From an uncultured Acidimicrobiia bacterium (GTDB lineage Bacteria > Acidobacteriota > Terriglobia > Versatilivoradales > Versatilivoraceae), in contig CAWBAT010000009.1 in the NCBI GenBank assembly GCA_963786955.1, forward strand, positions 192,001 through 256,000: DNA of 64,000 bases, read 5' to 3'. Numbering within the stretch: position 1 is the first letter of the stretch; each line of letters opens with the position of its first letter. Of the stretch, positions 50,705 through 59,306 are shown in pieces. The position numbers and the translations under genes were made by a program. The notes beneath the pieces were generated by a model. It saw nothing but the letters and a program-made list of their open reading frames with translations. It had not been told where the DNA came from and made no database searches.

Positions 50705-52474
50705 TTAAGGAGACTGTCGAAACGCCTGAGCGGCGTGCCGGTTGGTCGGGTAGAATCGGTCCGGGTCAATCAGTTCAATCAAATCGTATCGCTCGAGCCA
50801 CGAGCGGAAAGACCGGTCGGCGCGGCTGACGGCGAAGGTGATATTCTGTTTCTTCAACAGGGTGATCGCCTGACGAAGAACCCCCGCACCGGTCGTGTCG
50901 ACGTCAACCATCGCCTGTGCATCCAGCACGAACCAGCGGACAGGGGTGGGCGCCTGCGTGACCAACCGCTCGACGTCGTCAAGGAACAGGGTCGCATTGG
51001 CGAAATAAAGCGGAGCGCCAAAGCGGTATACCATCAGGCCGGAGGAGCCGGAGGCGTTCCCGCCGTCCACGGGGAGGAAGTGACTGCCGTCGGGCGCTTC
51101 CACGAGCGCCGAGGTTTCCGGACGGGACGCCCGCCGGATCACATCAATCGTCGACATGAGAAAGGCGATGACGACGGCGCGCAGCGGGCCAAGGGCCAGC
51201 ACGCTCAGCAGGCAGACCGCGGCGATCCAGAACTCCGAACGGCGCATCCGCCACAACTCGCGGAACTCGTGGACCTCGATCAGCGACAGCACCGCGTTGG
51301 CGACGATCCCGGCCAGGGCCGCATTTGGCAGGTAGGCCAAGAGGTTGGTGAAGAAGAGCATCACCAGTGTGATTGTCCCGGCAGCCACCAGGCTGGGCAA
51401 CTGGCTGCGCGCGCCCGCGGCATCCATCGCCGCCGAGCGGGACGGGCTGTTGCCCGTGACGATGGACCCGGTGAAGCCGGCTGCCAGGTTGGCCACACCG
51501 TAAGCGAACAACATCTGGTCGCCGTCGGCCTTATAGCCATACTTGTTGCTGTAGCTGCGGACCACCAGCAGACCTTCGCACAGGAGAATGGCCACGATGG
51601 CCAGGGCGCCCGGCAGCAGCCGCAGGTAGTCGGCCAGAGGGATCGTGGGCAGGGTCAGCGTCGGGAGCCCCGAGGGAATCGTGTTGCCGAGCACGGCGAC
51701 GCCTTTCGCCGGGAGGTCGAGGATCGCGACAAGAGCCGTCAGCAGCACTAGGGCCACCAACGCGCCGGGGATTTTTGGCGCGTACCGTTTCATCAGCCGA
51801 ACGATCAGGAAGGCGCTCACCCCGATCGCCACCGAGTAGAGGTTGGCGCGCGGAACGGAGTGGATCAGGGCCAGGACCTCCACGAAGTAACCCTCGGTGT
51901 TCGTCACCGAGGTCGCCAGGGTCTCCTTGAGGCGCTCCGCCGCCGCCAGCAAGCCCGACGTGGCGTTGCCCACATGGGGAGCAGCGAGGACCTTCCGGAC
52001 CTGGTTGGTGAACACCTCGACGCCGAGCCCGGTGATGAAGCCTGCCATCACGGCGCGCGAGAGGAAGTTGGCGAGGAATGCCAGCCGGAAGATCCAGAAG
52101 ATGAAGAACAGCAACGCGCAGACCACGGCCAGTGCCAGGGCGTACTGCATGCGAAGCGGATCCCCGGGCGCGGCGAAGGCGACGAGGGCGGCCCCGACCA
52201 GGGTGGCCATGGAAGCGTCGGGGCTCGTCACCAAGTGGCGCGAGCTGGCCAGCAGGGCAAAGACCGCCAGCGGGATGATGGCCGCGTAGAGACCAGCCAC
52301 GGGGGGCAGGCCGGCCACCTGCGCGTAACCGATGTTCAGCGGGATCATCAGAGCGGCCAGCGTGACGCCCGCCGAGACCTCCCGCGGGACGTCGGCCAGC
52401 GTGATCCCTCGCAAGCCCGCGAACGGGCGTGGCCAGCGGATCCTGGCGAAAATGGTGCGGGCTTCTTTGCTCAT
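50705..52474 (-). CDS. SulP family anion transporter with STAS domain
   Basis: GYAQVAGLPPVAGLYA, FLSRAVMAGF, PLYFANA, DVDTTG. Confidence 0.93.
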   Translation of the reverse strand: MSKEARTIFARIRWPRPFAGLRGITLADVPREVSAGVTLAALMIPLNIGYAQVAGLPPVAGLYAAIIPLAVFALLASSRHLVTSPDASMATLVGAALVAFAAPGDPLRMQYALALAVVCALLFFIFWIFRLAFLANFLSRAVMAGFITGLGVEVFTNQVRKVLAAPHVGNATSGLLAAAERLKETLATSVTNTEGYFVEVLALIHSVPRANLYSVAIGVSAFLIVRLMKRYAPKIPGALVALVLLTALVAILDLPAKGVAVLGNTIPSGLPTLTLPTIPLADYLRLLPGALAIVAILLCEGLLVVRSYSNKYGYKADGDQMLFAYGVANLAAGFTGSIVTGNSPSRSAAMDAAGARSQLPSLVAAGTITLVMLFFTNLLAYLPNAALAGIVANAVLSLIEVHEFRELWRMRRSEFWIAAVCLLSVLALGPLRAVVIAFLMSTIDVIRRASRPETSALVEAPDGSHFLPVDGGNASGSSGLMVYRFGAPLYFANATLFLDDVERLVTQAPTPVRWFVLDAQAMVDVDTTGAGVLRQAITLLKKQNITFAVSRADRSFRSWLERYDLIELIDPDRFYPTNRHAAQAFRQSP

Positions 52475-52559
52475 GATGTGATCCCTCCATCCACACGGAA
52501 CCGGCAGTCCGACCCTCGGACCGGTTCTTTAATGTTCATTCTGACCTTCATAGAAATCC

Positions 52560-52688
52560 GACGTTGGCGACTGCGGGATGCGCATGACCGTGTCGATTGC
52601 CGCCGCAATCTGGTCATTCATAAGAGTCTGGCGGGAGTATTCGGCCCCCCGGGCCAGGATCGGGAGATAGCGGCGAAGCGTGGACATG
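52560..52688 (-). pseudogene. 5' scrap of a second SulP-type gene
   Basis: MSTLRRYLPILARGAEYSRQTLMNDQIAAAIDTVMRIPQS resembles L.RYLPIL.W...Y....L..DL.AA.IVTIMLIPQS. Confidence 0.72.
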
Positions 52689-52691
52689 GTT

Positions 52692-53153
52692 TCAACCCCT
52701 TTCGCGGTTTTCGGTATCTGAATTGGTCTTTGCATCCGGCTTGATGGCCGACCCCTTCCATTTGCGGTATAGCATGTGCGCGATACGCATGACCGGGCCT
52801 CGAACCAGAAAATACGGCACGATGGCGCAAGCCACAGCCACGACCAGCAACTCCCCGAAGTAGAACGACCGCAGGACCCAGATCTGGTAGATGGTGTCGA
52901 GCACACAAGCGATGATGAAGATTCTGCCAAAATCCTTGAGCCCGGAGCGGAGAAGCCGTCGCCGCTCGGTTGGGTTCTTGAAGAAAGCCCCCAGGAAGGT
53001 TGGCTTCCCTTCCCGGACATCCCTCAGGTACGCTCGGATCGCAAGGATAGTGACCACCGTGGGCATGACCACTAGCCGGAAGTTCAACGGCCCGCTAAAC
53101 CGGCCGAGCAGATGTTCACCTCGACTAGCCAACATTTCAAAGATCGTATCCAT
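52692..53153 (-). CDS. Hypothetical membrane protein
   Basis: 153 aa, SD GAAAGGA, motifs GPLNFRLVVMP, LDTIYQ, PYFLVRGP. Confidence 0.75.
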   Translation of the reverse strand: MDTIFEMLASRGEHLLGRFSGPLNFRLVVMPTVVTILAIRAYLRDVREGKPTFLGAFFKNPTERRRLLRSGLKDFGRIFIIACVLDTIYQIWVLRSFYFGELLVVAVACAIVPYFLVRGPVMRIAHMLYRKWKGSAIKPDAKTNSDTENRERG

Positions 53154-53350
53154 GGTTCATTCCTTTCGAGGACTGACTTGGTACGGCCCCTTGGGCATTC
53201 TTTGTTTTCCACGATTTCAAGCAATGGTGCAATACGAATAGGACAGCATGCCTCAGAAAATCCCCTCCGCCGGAGGGGATTGTTGAAAAAATCGGGCCAT
53301 TTTCGATTTTCCATGTTCTTCACCATCGTTCGTCCCTCCTACAAGCCCAT

Positions 53351-53869
53351 CTACTGGACTTTAGAGAGCAGCATCCGGTCGGGAGTGAGCTTTTTCGTCC
53401 ACGGACAACCGGAGTTTTTCCAGCCGTCCTTCGGTTGCTTGCCCTGAGCCACGCTTGCAGAGTCCCCATTCGCATCCCCCTCCATGCCGTCAATGATGTT
53501 GTAAACGTGCTTGAACCCGGCCTTGGCAAGCAGGTTGGCGGCGATGGCGCTGCGGCCACCCGACCGGCACATGACGCAGATCGTGTCATCAGGTTTGGCC
53601 ACCTCGCTTACCCGGGAGACGAAATCGGGGAGGAGTTTCATGGGAAACTGCCCCTTGCTGGCGTCCCACTCATACACCTGAGCGGCGACCGGGATTTTCC
53701 AGGCCATGGTCGGATGGCCGACAAAAAGAAACTCCTCGGGAGTGCGGACATCGAATATCATCACCTTCTCCGGCTCGGCCTGCCACTTCTCATAGGCCTC
53801 CTTCGCGGTCACATAGAGCCCAAGCACCGTCTGCTTTTCTTTGGGAAGAGCTACATTAGGTTCAGTCAT
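53351..53869 (-). CDS. Rhodanese-like sulfurtransferase
   Basis: DVRTPEE, MCRSGGRS, IDGMEGD, GWKNSG. Confidence 0.92.
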   Translation of the reverse strand: MTEPNVALPKEKQTVLGLYVTAKEAYEKWQAEPEKVMIFDVRTPEEFLFVGHPTMAWKIPVAAQVYEWDASKGQFPMKLLPDFVSRVSEVAKPDDTICVMCRSGGRSAIAANLLAKAGFKHVYNIIDGMEGDANGDSASVAQGKQPKDGWKNSGCPWTKKLTPDRMLLSKVQ

Positions 53870-53950
53870 ATTTACCTCCTTAGAAAATCCCCTCCACTGA
53901 GGGGAATCACTTTTATTTTCTTATTGTGCCTGCCTCACCTTAATGACTGG

Positions 53951-54087
53951 CTCCTCTGAAAACCCCTCCGTCGGAGGGGTGGCTGCCGCAGGCAGACGGG
54001 GTGGGTCTTCTCTAAGAAAAGTTTTCCCTTCTCCAAACCCACCCCTGGCCTTCGGCCATCCCTCCGACGGAGGGGAATCGTTTTCAT
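53951..54087. repeat. CTCCTCTGAAAA...TTTTCAT element with CCCCTCC..GGAGGGG palindromes
   Basis: Related copies at 56383-56523, 60735-60871 and 63483-63587 (inverted); short forms at 41029, 53250 and 53875. Confidence 0.85.
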
Positions 54088-54170
54088 TAACATGTCGTGC
54101 GTCCACCTTCTCGTGGCTAATGGGCCTAAGTGACGCTGCAATGACAACGTGGTAATCGTAATGGTTCCGG

Positions 54171-55097
54171 TCACTGAGCTTCCGCTTCATCCCAGGAGTC
54201 GTCAGGATCGTACTCCGTCATGCGGAGGGCCTGCGAGTCAGTGTCCTTCCCGAGATCCTTCTGGTACACGACGCCATCCGGGCCGACCACGAAGGTCATG
54301 ACGCCGCTGAATGCGTATTTGGCTGGATAGGCGAGGAGAGCGAAGCCTCCTGTCATATTGCCGTTCACCACGTAGCTCTTTTTGCCGCCGGGCGCAGCCG
54401 GTCCCTGGGCCGCGAGTATTCGGTAGCGGTAGCCCCGGAACGGCGAGGACTCCGGCTTGTTCTGGTCATAGCCTTCGGCTGCAGCCTCGGCGACGAGGTC
54501 ACCCATCGGACTGCGCCTTTCCCCGGGTTTCCTCTGCCAGTAGAGACCATCATGGAGGCCGAGAGAGCTGCGAAGGTGTTGAGCAAAGAGGCCTGCTGGT
54601 TTGCCGTCGTGCGGCTGACTGGCATATTCCTTTTGCATGCCGACATAGGTGTGACATAGGTCGATAACGTCGAGCTCGTTGCCTCCGATTCGCCGTGCCA
54701 ACACCTCATGCTTACCGGCTTCGGAGTCGAACTGCCACTCATTGCCGGTTTTGACCAGGGGGACCGGGAAGGGCCACTGTTCGTCGCCGATGATCAGCTC
54801 CTTGCCGTTTTCACCGTGCGGCCCCCAATGCCAGGATTGCTCCATCGCGAGCGCAAGCACCTCACGATCATGACGGTCGGCAACCGGATCGCCGGAGGCG
54901 GCAGCTTCTATCCCTTCGCGGCCGAAGATCGCCTGTATCTTTCCCATGTCTTCCGTTTTGAATGCCTGGAGCACCGCTGCCGCTGCCTCATCCGGTGTGG
55001 CGAATTTCGTTTGCTCCGGGGCTTTGTTACAAGCCGGTGCAAACAGGATGACCAGCCCAAGCACTGCCAGTAAAACAAACAGTTTCAGAAATCGCAT
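54171..55097 (-). CDS. DUF2950 family protein (lipoprotein)
   Basis: FATPDEAA, WPFPVPLVK, RRIGGNE, DGLYW, PAKYAFSGVMTF; SD GAGGAGG. Confidence 0.92.
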   Translation of the reverse strand: MRFLKLFVLLAVLGLVILFAPACNKAPEQTKFATPDEAAAAVLQAFKTEDMGKIQAIFGREGIEAAASGDPVADRHDREVLALAMEQSWHWGPHGENGKELIIGDEQWPFPVPLVKTGNEWQFDSEAGKHEVLARRIGGNELDVIDLCHTYVGMQKEYASQPHDGKPAGLFAQHLRSSLGLHDGLYWQRKPGERRSPMGDLVAEAAAEGYDQNKPESSPFRGYRYRILAAQGPAAPGGKKSYVVNGNMTGGFALLAYPAKYAFSGVMTFVVGPDGVVYQKDLGKDTDSQALRMTEYDPDDSWDEAEAQ

Positions 55098-55128
55098 ATC
55101 CATCCTCCTCTTCCTCTCTGGTTTATCA

Positions 55129-56310
55129 TCATCGTCCGCCACCACGTCGGCCCCCTCCCCCTCCACCACGTCGGCCCCCTCCACCGCTCTTGCCTCCGCT
55201 CCTGCCTCCGCCACCGCCGCTAGAAGAGAGGCTGCTGCTGCCCCGCGAGCTCTGGGCGCGAGTGGCTGAGCCACTCTGATAGCCCGACATGCCCCCGGAA
55301 CTCATTCCGCTGCGCTGCGAGGCGGTCTGCCCGCTTCCGCGGCTGGAAGTGGTCGCCGCAGTTTGACGCTGCTGTTGACCCGCTCCCTGAGACTGCGCGG
55401 ATGGCGCGCCGGACTGGCGCTGGCCCTGGTTCGCCTGTGCGGTGGATTGGCGCTGCGACTGGCCCGACTGCGCCGTGGATTGACGCTGCGACTGGTTCGA
55501 CTCCTTGCTAGACTGGCGCTGGTCCTGATTCTGCTGCGCGTTAGACTGGCGCTGATCCTGATTCTGGCGAGCTTGGTCCTGGCGATCCTCGTAGTAATCT
55601 TGGCGATCATCCCAGTAATTGTCGTAGCGATGATAGTAACTATTGTGGTGGGCGCCGATGAGTATCCCCGCAGTGAAGCCAATGGCGGCCGCTCCGGCAA
55701 CTGACGCGCCACTGGGGGGTGGAGGAGCCGCGACGTAAACTGTCTGCGGATTGTAAGTCGGGACGTAAATGACCTGGGGATTGGCCGGTTGAATGACGAT
55801 CACCTGTTGGCCGCTGGAGGTGGTCTGCGTTTCGACCGTCTGCTGAGAGGTTGTCTTCAGATTGCCGGCTGCCTGCGCCTGCGCGCGCATGCGCTGGATC
55901 GAATCGAAGATACCGTCTTTGTCGGCATTGAACGCCTGGCCAAGTGCCTTGGTCCAGTCCGGTTTCTGGACCATCATCTGGATGACCTGGGGAAACGGCG
56001 CCAGCGCAACCAAAGCGGGATCGAAGCCGGCCTTCTGTGCGGCGTCCTGGAGTTCGCTGCCCTTCAGTTTGGAGTTTTTCCCCATCCAGTCGGCAAACGA
56101 CTTGAGATTGTCAAAATTCGTGGAAGCCGCCACAATCTGAAAGATCAGGGCATCCGGGTAAAGGGCGATCGGAGCCGTCAATTGGTCGATCGCATTTGTC
56201 GATGCCGGCGCGCCCTTCGACTGTTGCGCAAATAGTTTTCCCGAGGGGATGAGCCCACAGAAAAGGGTGAACAGAAGCAGTAATAGCCAAACTCGTGACA
56301 TGGATCTCAT
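55129..56310 (-). CDS. DUF3300 domain protein with Q/S/G-rich tail
   Basis: QLTAPIALYPDAL, IQPANPQVIYVPTYNP. Confidence 0.92.
   Translation of the reverse strand: MRSMSRVWLLLLLFTLFCGLIPSGKLFAQQSKGAPASTNAIDQLTAPIALYPDALIFQIVAASTNFDNLKSFADWMGKNSKLKGSELQDAAQKAGFDPALVALAPFPQVIQMMVQKPDWTKALGQAFNADKDGIFDSIQRMRAQAQAAGNLKTTSQQTVETQTTSSGQQVIVIQPANPQVIYVPTYNPQTVYVAAPPPPSGASVAGAAAIGFTAGILIGAHHNSYYHRYDNYWDDRQDYYEDRQDQARQNQDQRQSNAQQNQDQRQSSKESNQSQRQSTAQSGQSQRQSTAQANQGQRQSGAPSAQSQGAGQQQRQTAATTSSRGSGQTASQRSGMSSGGMSGYQSGSATRAQSSRGSSSLSSSGGGGGRSGGKSGGGGRRGGGGGGRRGGGR
55400..55570 (-). repeat. 33-bp (11-aa) tandem coding repeat, about 5 copies
   Basis: QNQDQRQSNAQ QNQDQRQSSKE SNQSQRQSTAQ SGQSQRQSTAQ ANQGQRQSGAP. 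Confidence 0.85.
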
Positions 56311-56382
56311 TCGTATACTCCTTTCAGGCTCGTTTAAGCTGGCGTGCTGTTGTACCGTTAATTCATCCTATTTAGGCTTTTT

Positions 56383-56523
56383 CTAGAAGTCCCCTCCACC
56401 GGAGGGGTGGACGTCCGCCGCGGCGGACGGACGGGGTGGGTCCCATCGACCGAAAGCTTTCCCTACTCCAAACCCACCCCTGGCCTCCGGCCATCCCCTC
56501 CAAAGGAGGGGAATCATTTTCAT
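56383..56523. repeat. CCCCTCC..GGAGGGG / TTTTCAT element
   Basis: Same architecture as 53951-54087. Confidence 0.85.
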
Positions 56524-57263
56524 CATGAGTCTCCTTTGGAGCCCGGGTTCGCCGAAGTATCCCGGCGAGCCCGCTGCCGGCGCGACCGCATCTCGGCTAG
56601 GCTTAACTTCCGCTCGATTTTTGCAAACAGGATCACCGCCCATAACACCGGAGCAAGGGCCGCACCCACCGCGCCCTGGAAAAAGGTGATGGCCTTGCAA
56701 TCCCCACTGAAGCGGCCGAGTAAGGCATCCACGGTGTTGCCGCTCAGGTTGGTGAAAGTGATGAAGCGCACGTAGGCGAGGATCTCCTTCACCTGCGCAT
56801 CGCTGTAGTACTTGCGCAGGTTCTCAATCGATTCCGGGGCGAACTGGTCGAGTTGCTCCGCGTAGTGCTGAGCAAACAGGATCGCCGCGGCCTCGGCCGG
56901 ATTAATTGCCTCCAGCGACTCGGTCTGATGGCGGAGGATCTGGTTGACTTCCTCAAGCGGTACCCCGTGGGCCATTGCCCAGTGCATATGACCCCACTCG
57001 CAGAAGCGGCAGTCGTTGATCGAAGTGACGCCGAGAAAGATCTTCTCGCGCAGCGCAAAAGAGAGTTTCGGCCTGACCAGCGCCCGGGCAAGAACGGGGG
57101 ACGAGGCCACGAAGTTGGCGACCGTCTTGAAAAAGTTGTCAGGAGTCAGCGTACGCTTTGGCTGGCTGTGCTGCTTCGGTGGCGCGCTTGTGCCATTCTT
57201 CGAGTGCGGATCATCGGCAGGCTCGGCGCGCCCGCCGCCGGTCACGTGCTTAGACTCTGTCAT
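56523..57263 (-). CDS. Carboxymuconolactone decarboxylase / AhpD-like protein
   Basis: REKIFLGVTSINDCRFCEWGH (CxxCxxxH); SD GGAGG before MTESK. Confidence 0.85.
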   Translation of the reverse strand: MTESKHVTGGGRAEPADDPHSKNGTSAPPKQHSQPKRTLTPDNFFKTVANFVASSPVLARALVRPKLSFALREKIFLGVTSINDCRFCEWGHMHWAMAHGVPLEEVNQILRHQTESLEAINPAEAAAILFAQHYAEQLDQFAPESIENLRKYYSDAQVKEILAYVRFITFTNLSGNTVDALLGRFSGDCKAITFFQGAVGAALAPVLWAVILFAKIERKLSLAEMRSRRQRARRDTSANPGSKGDS

Positions 57264-57348
57264 CTCTATACCTCCTTGCTTGTCGTTCGCGACCTGGTTC
57301 ACCTCCACGCACATCGGCCGCGTGGTCGGCTTCACCTATCGGTTCCGA

Positions 57349-57684
57349 CTATTTGCTTTCGAGGATCTTTAATATCGTTTGGTAGCCGCCGCCGTTGAAG
57401 GCTTTGAAACCCGCGGCTTCCAGTACTTGTTTTGCCATTCCGGCCCTGCCGCCCGTGCCGCAATAAAGTACGATGTTTCGGTCACGAGGCAGTTCGTCCA
57501 TATGACGCTTTAACGTAAAGAGCGAAATATTCGTCGCGCCCGGAGCAATGCCTCTTCTCGCTTCGAGCTTTGTTCGGACATCAACCAAAAATGCTCCTTT
57601 TTTGAGCAGTTTCGCTACTTCTTCCGGCGGCAGCTTTGTGTCCGCTAAAGCGTCATGTTTTTCTTTTAATTTTCCTAACAACAT
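57349..57684 (-). CDS. Rhodanese-like protein
   Basis: VDVRT, YCGTGGRA, NGGGY. Confidence 0.9.
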   Translation of the reverse strand: MLLGKLKEKHDALADTKLPPEEVAKLLKKGAFLVDVRTKLEARRGIAPGATNISLFTLKRHMDELPRDRNIVLYCGTGGRAGMAKQVLEAAGFKAFNGGGYQTILKILESK

Positions 57685-57809
57685 TTAACTCCTTATTTTA
57701 GTATGCGTGCGCTTTCACTGCCAGCAGTGTTGTCAACGGGGCCGTTGCCTTCGACCCCGTATCCGTCCTTGCTGGTCGTGCAGATGTGCTCGCCATAAGA
57801 GGCGACCTT

Positions 57810-58493
57810 CTAAGGAATGTAGTTCGCACTTGTATCCGAACCATAACCGCAGCCCTGGTAGGTGCAGTGCAGGTCGTCGCGGATGATGGCCGCCCATCCG
57901 CCCGCTTTGCTGGTGTCGAGCACGAGATCCTTTTCGAGGACCTTGGTCTCGAACTTCCAGCCTTGCGGCAGGGTCTTCAGCTTGCCGCCTACCGTGTTCA
58001 CATTGTCGGGCGTCAGGCTCGGATCGACCGCCTTGGTGTATTCCTGCATAACCCAAACTGCGCCGTCCGGCGCGCGCAGCAGGCACACGGATTTACCCGC
58101 CTTGAAGGTCCAGACCGAGCTGCGCCGGATCAGCGAGGGCACGTAGGCGTTCTGCATCTGCGAGATCATCTCCGCCCCGGTCATATCCCCGCCCCAGCGC
58201 AACTCGACGCCGTGAAAGTTCTGCGTTTCGCCGACGAGGAACTTGATTTCGTCCATCAGCCAGAAGCGTCCGCTGTTGACCGCGCACATATCCACTTCGA
58301 GTTCGCCCGCCAGTTTCTTGGCATCGATCTTTTTGTAGGCTTCGGGGTCGACGGGAATCGATGCCGCCGTATAGACGTGGGCTCTCTGTGATTTCCCGGT
58401 GCCGATAAAGGCCCCCATCCCATGGAAGGGGAGGCCGCGGGTGTTGTTGAAGCTCATCCAGCTTAGGGATTCCATACCTGTTTTAAGTTTCAT
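57810..58493 (-). CDS. Conserved hypothetical protein
   Basis: 227 aa with coding-like GC3; NSGRFWLMD, WVMQEY, LPQGWKF. Confidence 0.75.
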   Translation of the reverse strand: MKLKTGMESLSWMSFNNTRGLPFHGMGAFIGTGKSQRAHVYTAASIPVDPEAYKKIDAKKLAGELEVDMCAVNSGRFWLMDEIKFLVGETQNFHGVELRWGGDMTGAEMISQMQNAYVPSLIRRSSVWTFKAGKSVCLLRAPDGAVWVMQEYTKAVDPSLTPDNVNTVGGKLKTLPQGWKFETKVLEKDLVLDTSKAGGWAAIIRDDLHCTYQGCGYGSDTSANYIP

Positions 58494-58609
58494 TGGTTTT
58501 TTCCTTTCGTTTTATAGTTGGCTTCTTGCTTCTATGAGAGTCGTGACGTTGGGGCGCGGGAGCACCGCGCCCCGATGTTTGATTTACGGAATGTAAGGCG
58601 CGTCACCAC

Positions 58610-59008
58610 TTACTTCTTCATCATCTTCGCGAGATGCTCCTGGATTATCTTGGCTTGCGCAGCCAACCCTCCACCGGGGCTGAACTGGATGATCTCGGCC
58701 CCTTCCTTCGACTTGAAGTTGTGCGGAGCTGGCCAGAAGCACGCTTCCCCAGCGCGGCAAACCTCAATGGTCCCGTCAAGGTAGATGACCTCCACCGTGC
58801 CCTTCAAAACGTAAGCCCAGTGTTCAACCCCGCACAGATCATGCGCTAGTCCCTTCCCAGCCAGAATTTGTGTGAAATCAGTACCCGGGGCAAAGACGTG
58901 GTAGGCGCACTGCATGCCGCCCCAGTTCTCCTCCCAAATTTTGAGGCCTGGGGTGTTCTGGGTGACGATGTCGTCTACTGGGTGCATATCCGTCAATTTC
59001 TTCCTCAT
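58610..59008 (-). CDS. Cupin domain protein
   Basis: CGVEHWAYVLKG, GEACFWPAPH. Confidence 0.85.
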   Translation of the reverse strand: MRKKLTDMHPVDDIVTQNTPGLKIWEENWGGMQCAYHVFAPGTDFTQILAGKGLAHDLCGVEHWAYVLKGTVEVIYLDGTIEVCRAGEACFWPAPHNFKSKEGAEIIQFSPGGGLAAQAKIIQEHLAKMMKK

Positions 59009-59039
59009 ATGTTTTCTCCGTTTTGTTTTTGTTTTCGTG

Positions 59040-59080
59040 CCTCACCGGACCGGCGGTGATGGCGATTTGTTCAAAGCCAG
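59040..59080. repeat. About 42-bp intergenic hairpin repeat, copy 3
   Basis: CCTCACCGGACCGGCGGTGATGGCGATTTGTTCAAAG. Confidence 0.9.
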
Positions 59081-59125
59081 ACCCGGTCGCCTGGACAAAC
59101 CTAGTTGTGCACTGACGGCCATCGG

Positions 59126-59247
59126 TTACGGAAAGTAGTTGGCGCTCGTGTAAGTCATTCTTGAAAATACCCTCCTTTCTCCTGAGCTTTCGCCCGGCCG
59201 AGGAGTTGCTCAACACCACGAGTTAGCATCTCCAGAATTGCATCCAT
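59126..59247 (-). pseudogene. Two paralog scraps: 5' end of a 52692..53153 homolog and 3' end of a 57810..58493 homolog
   Basis: MDAILEMLTRGVEQLLGR (59247-59190, with SD) vs MDTIFEMLASRGEHLLGR; TSANYFP* (59149-59126) vs TSANYIP*. Confidence 0.75.
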
Positions 59248-59306
59248 GGTTCACTCCTTCCGATGATTGAGATGTCAGAGTTTGGCTGTGCGTTCTTCTC
59301 TTTCCG

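Noticed and set aside
55104-55274. N-terminal extension of DUF2950
   Set aside because: It is an alternative frame of the DUF3300 Gly-rich tail; the SD sits just before 55103/55097
57690-57805. Possible further gene scraps (GEHICTTSKDGYGVEGNGPV; also 57270-57335 and 53290-53326)
   Set aside because: Coding-like, but I cannot assign them to any family without a search
48161-59080. 42-bp hairpin repeat as an integron attC site
   Set aside because: No paired RYYYAAC/GTTRRRY boxes, and no integrase in the window
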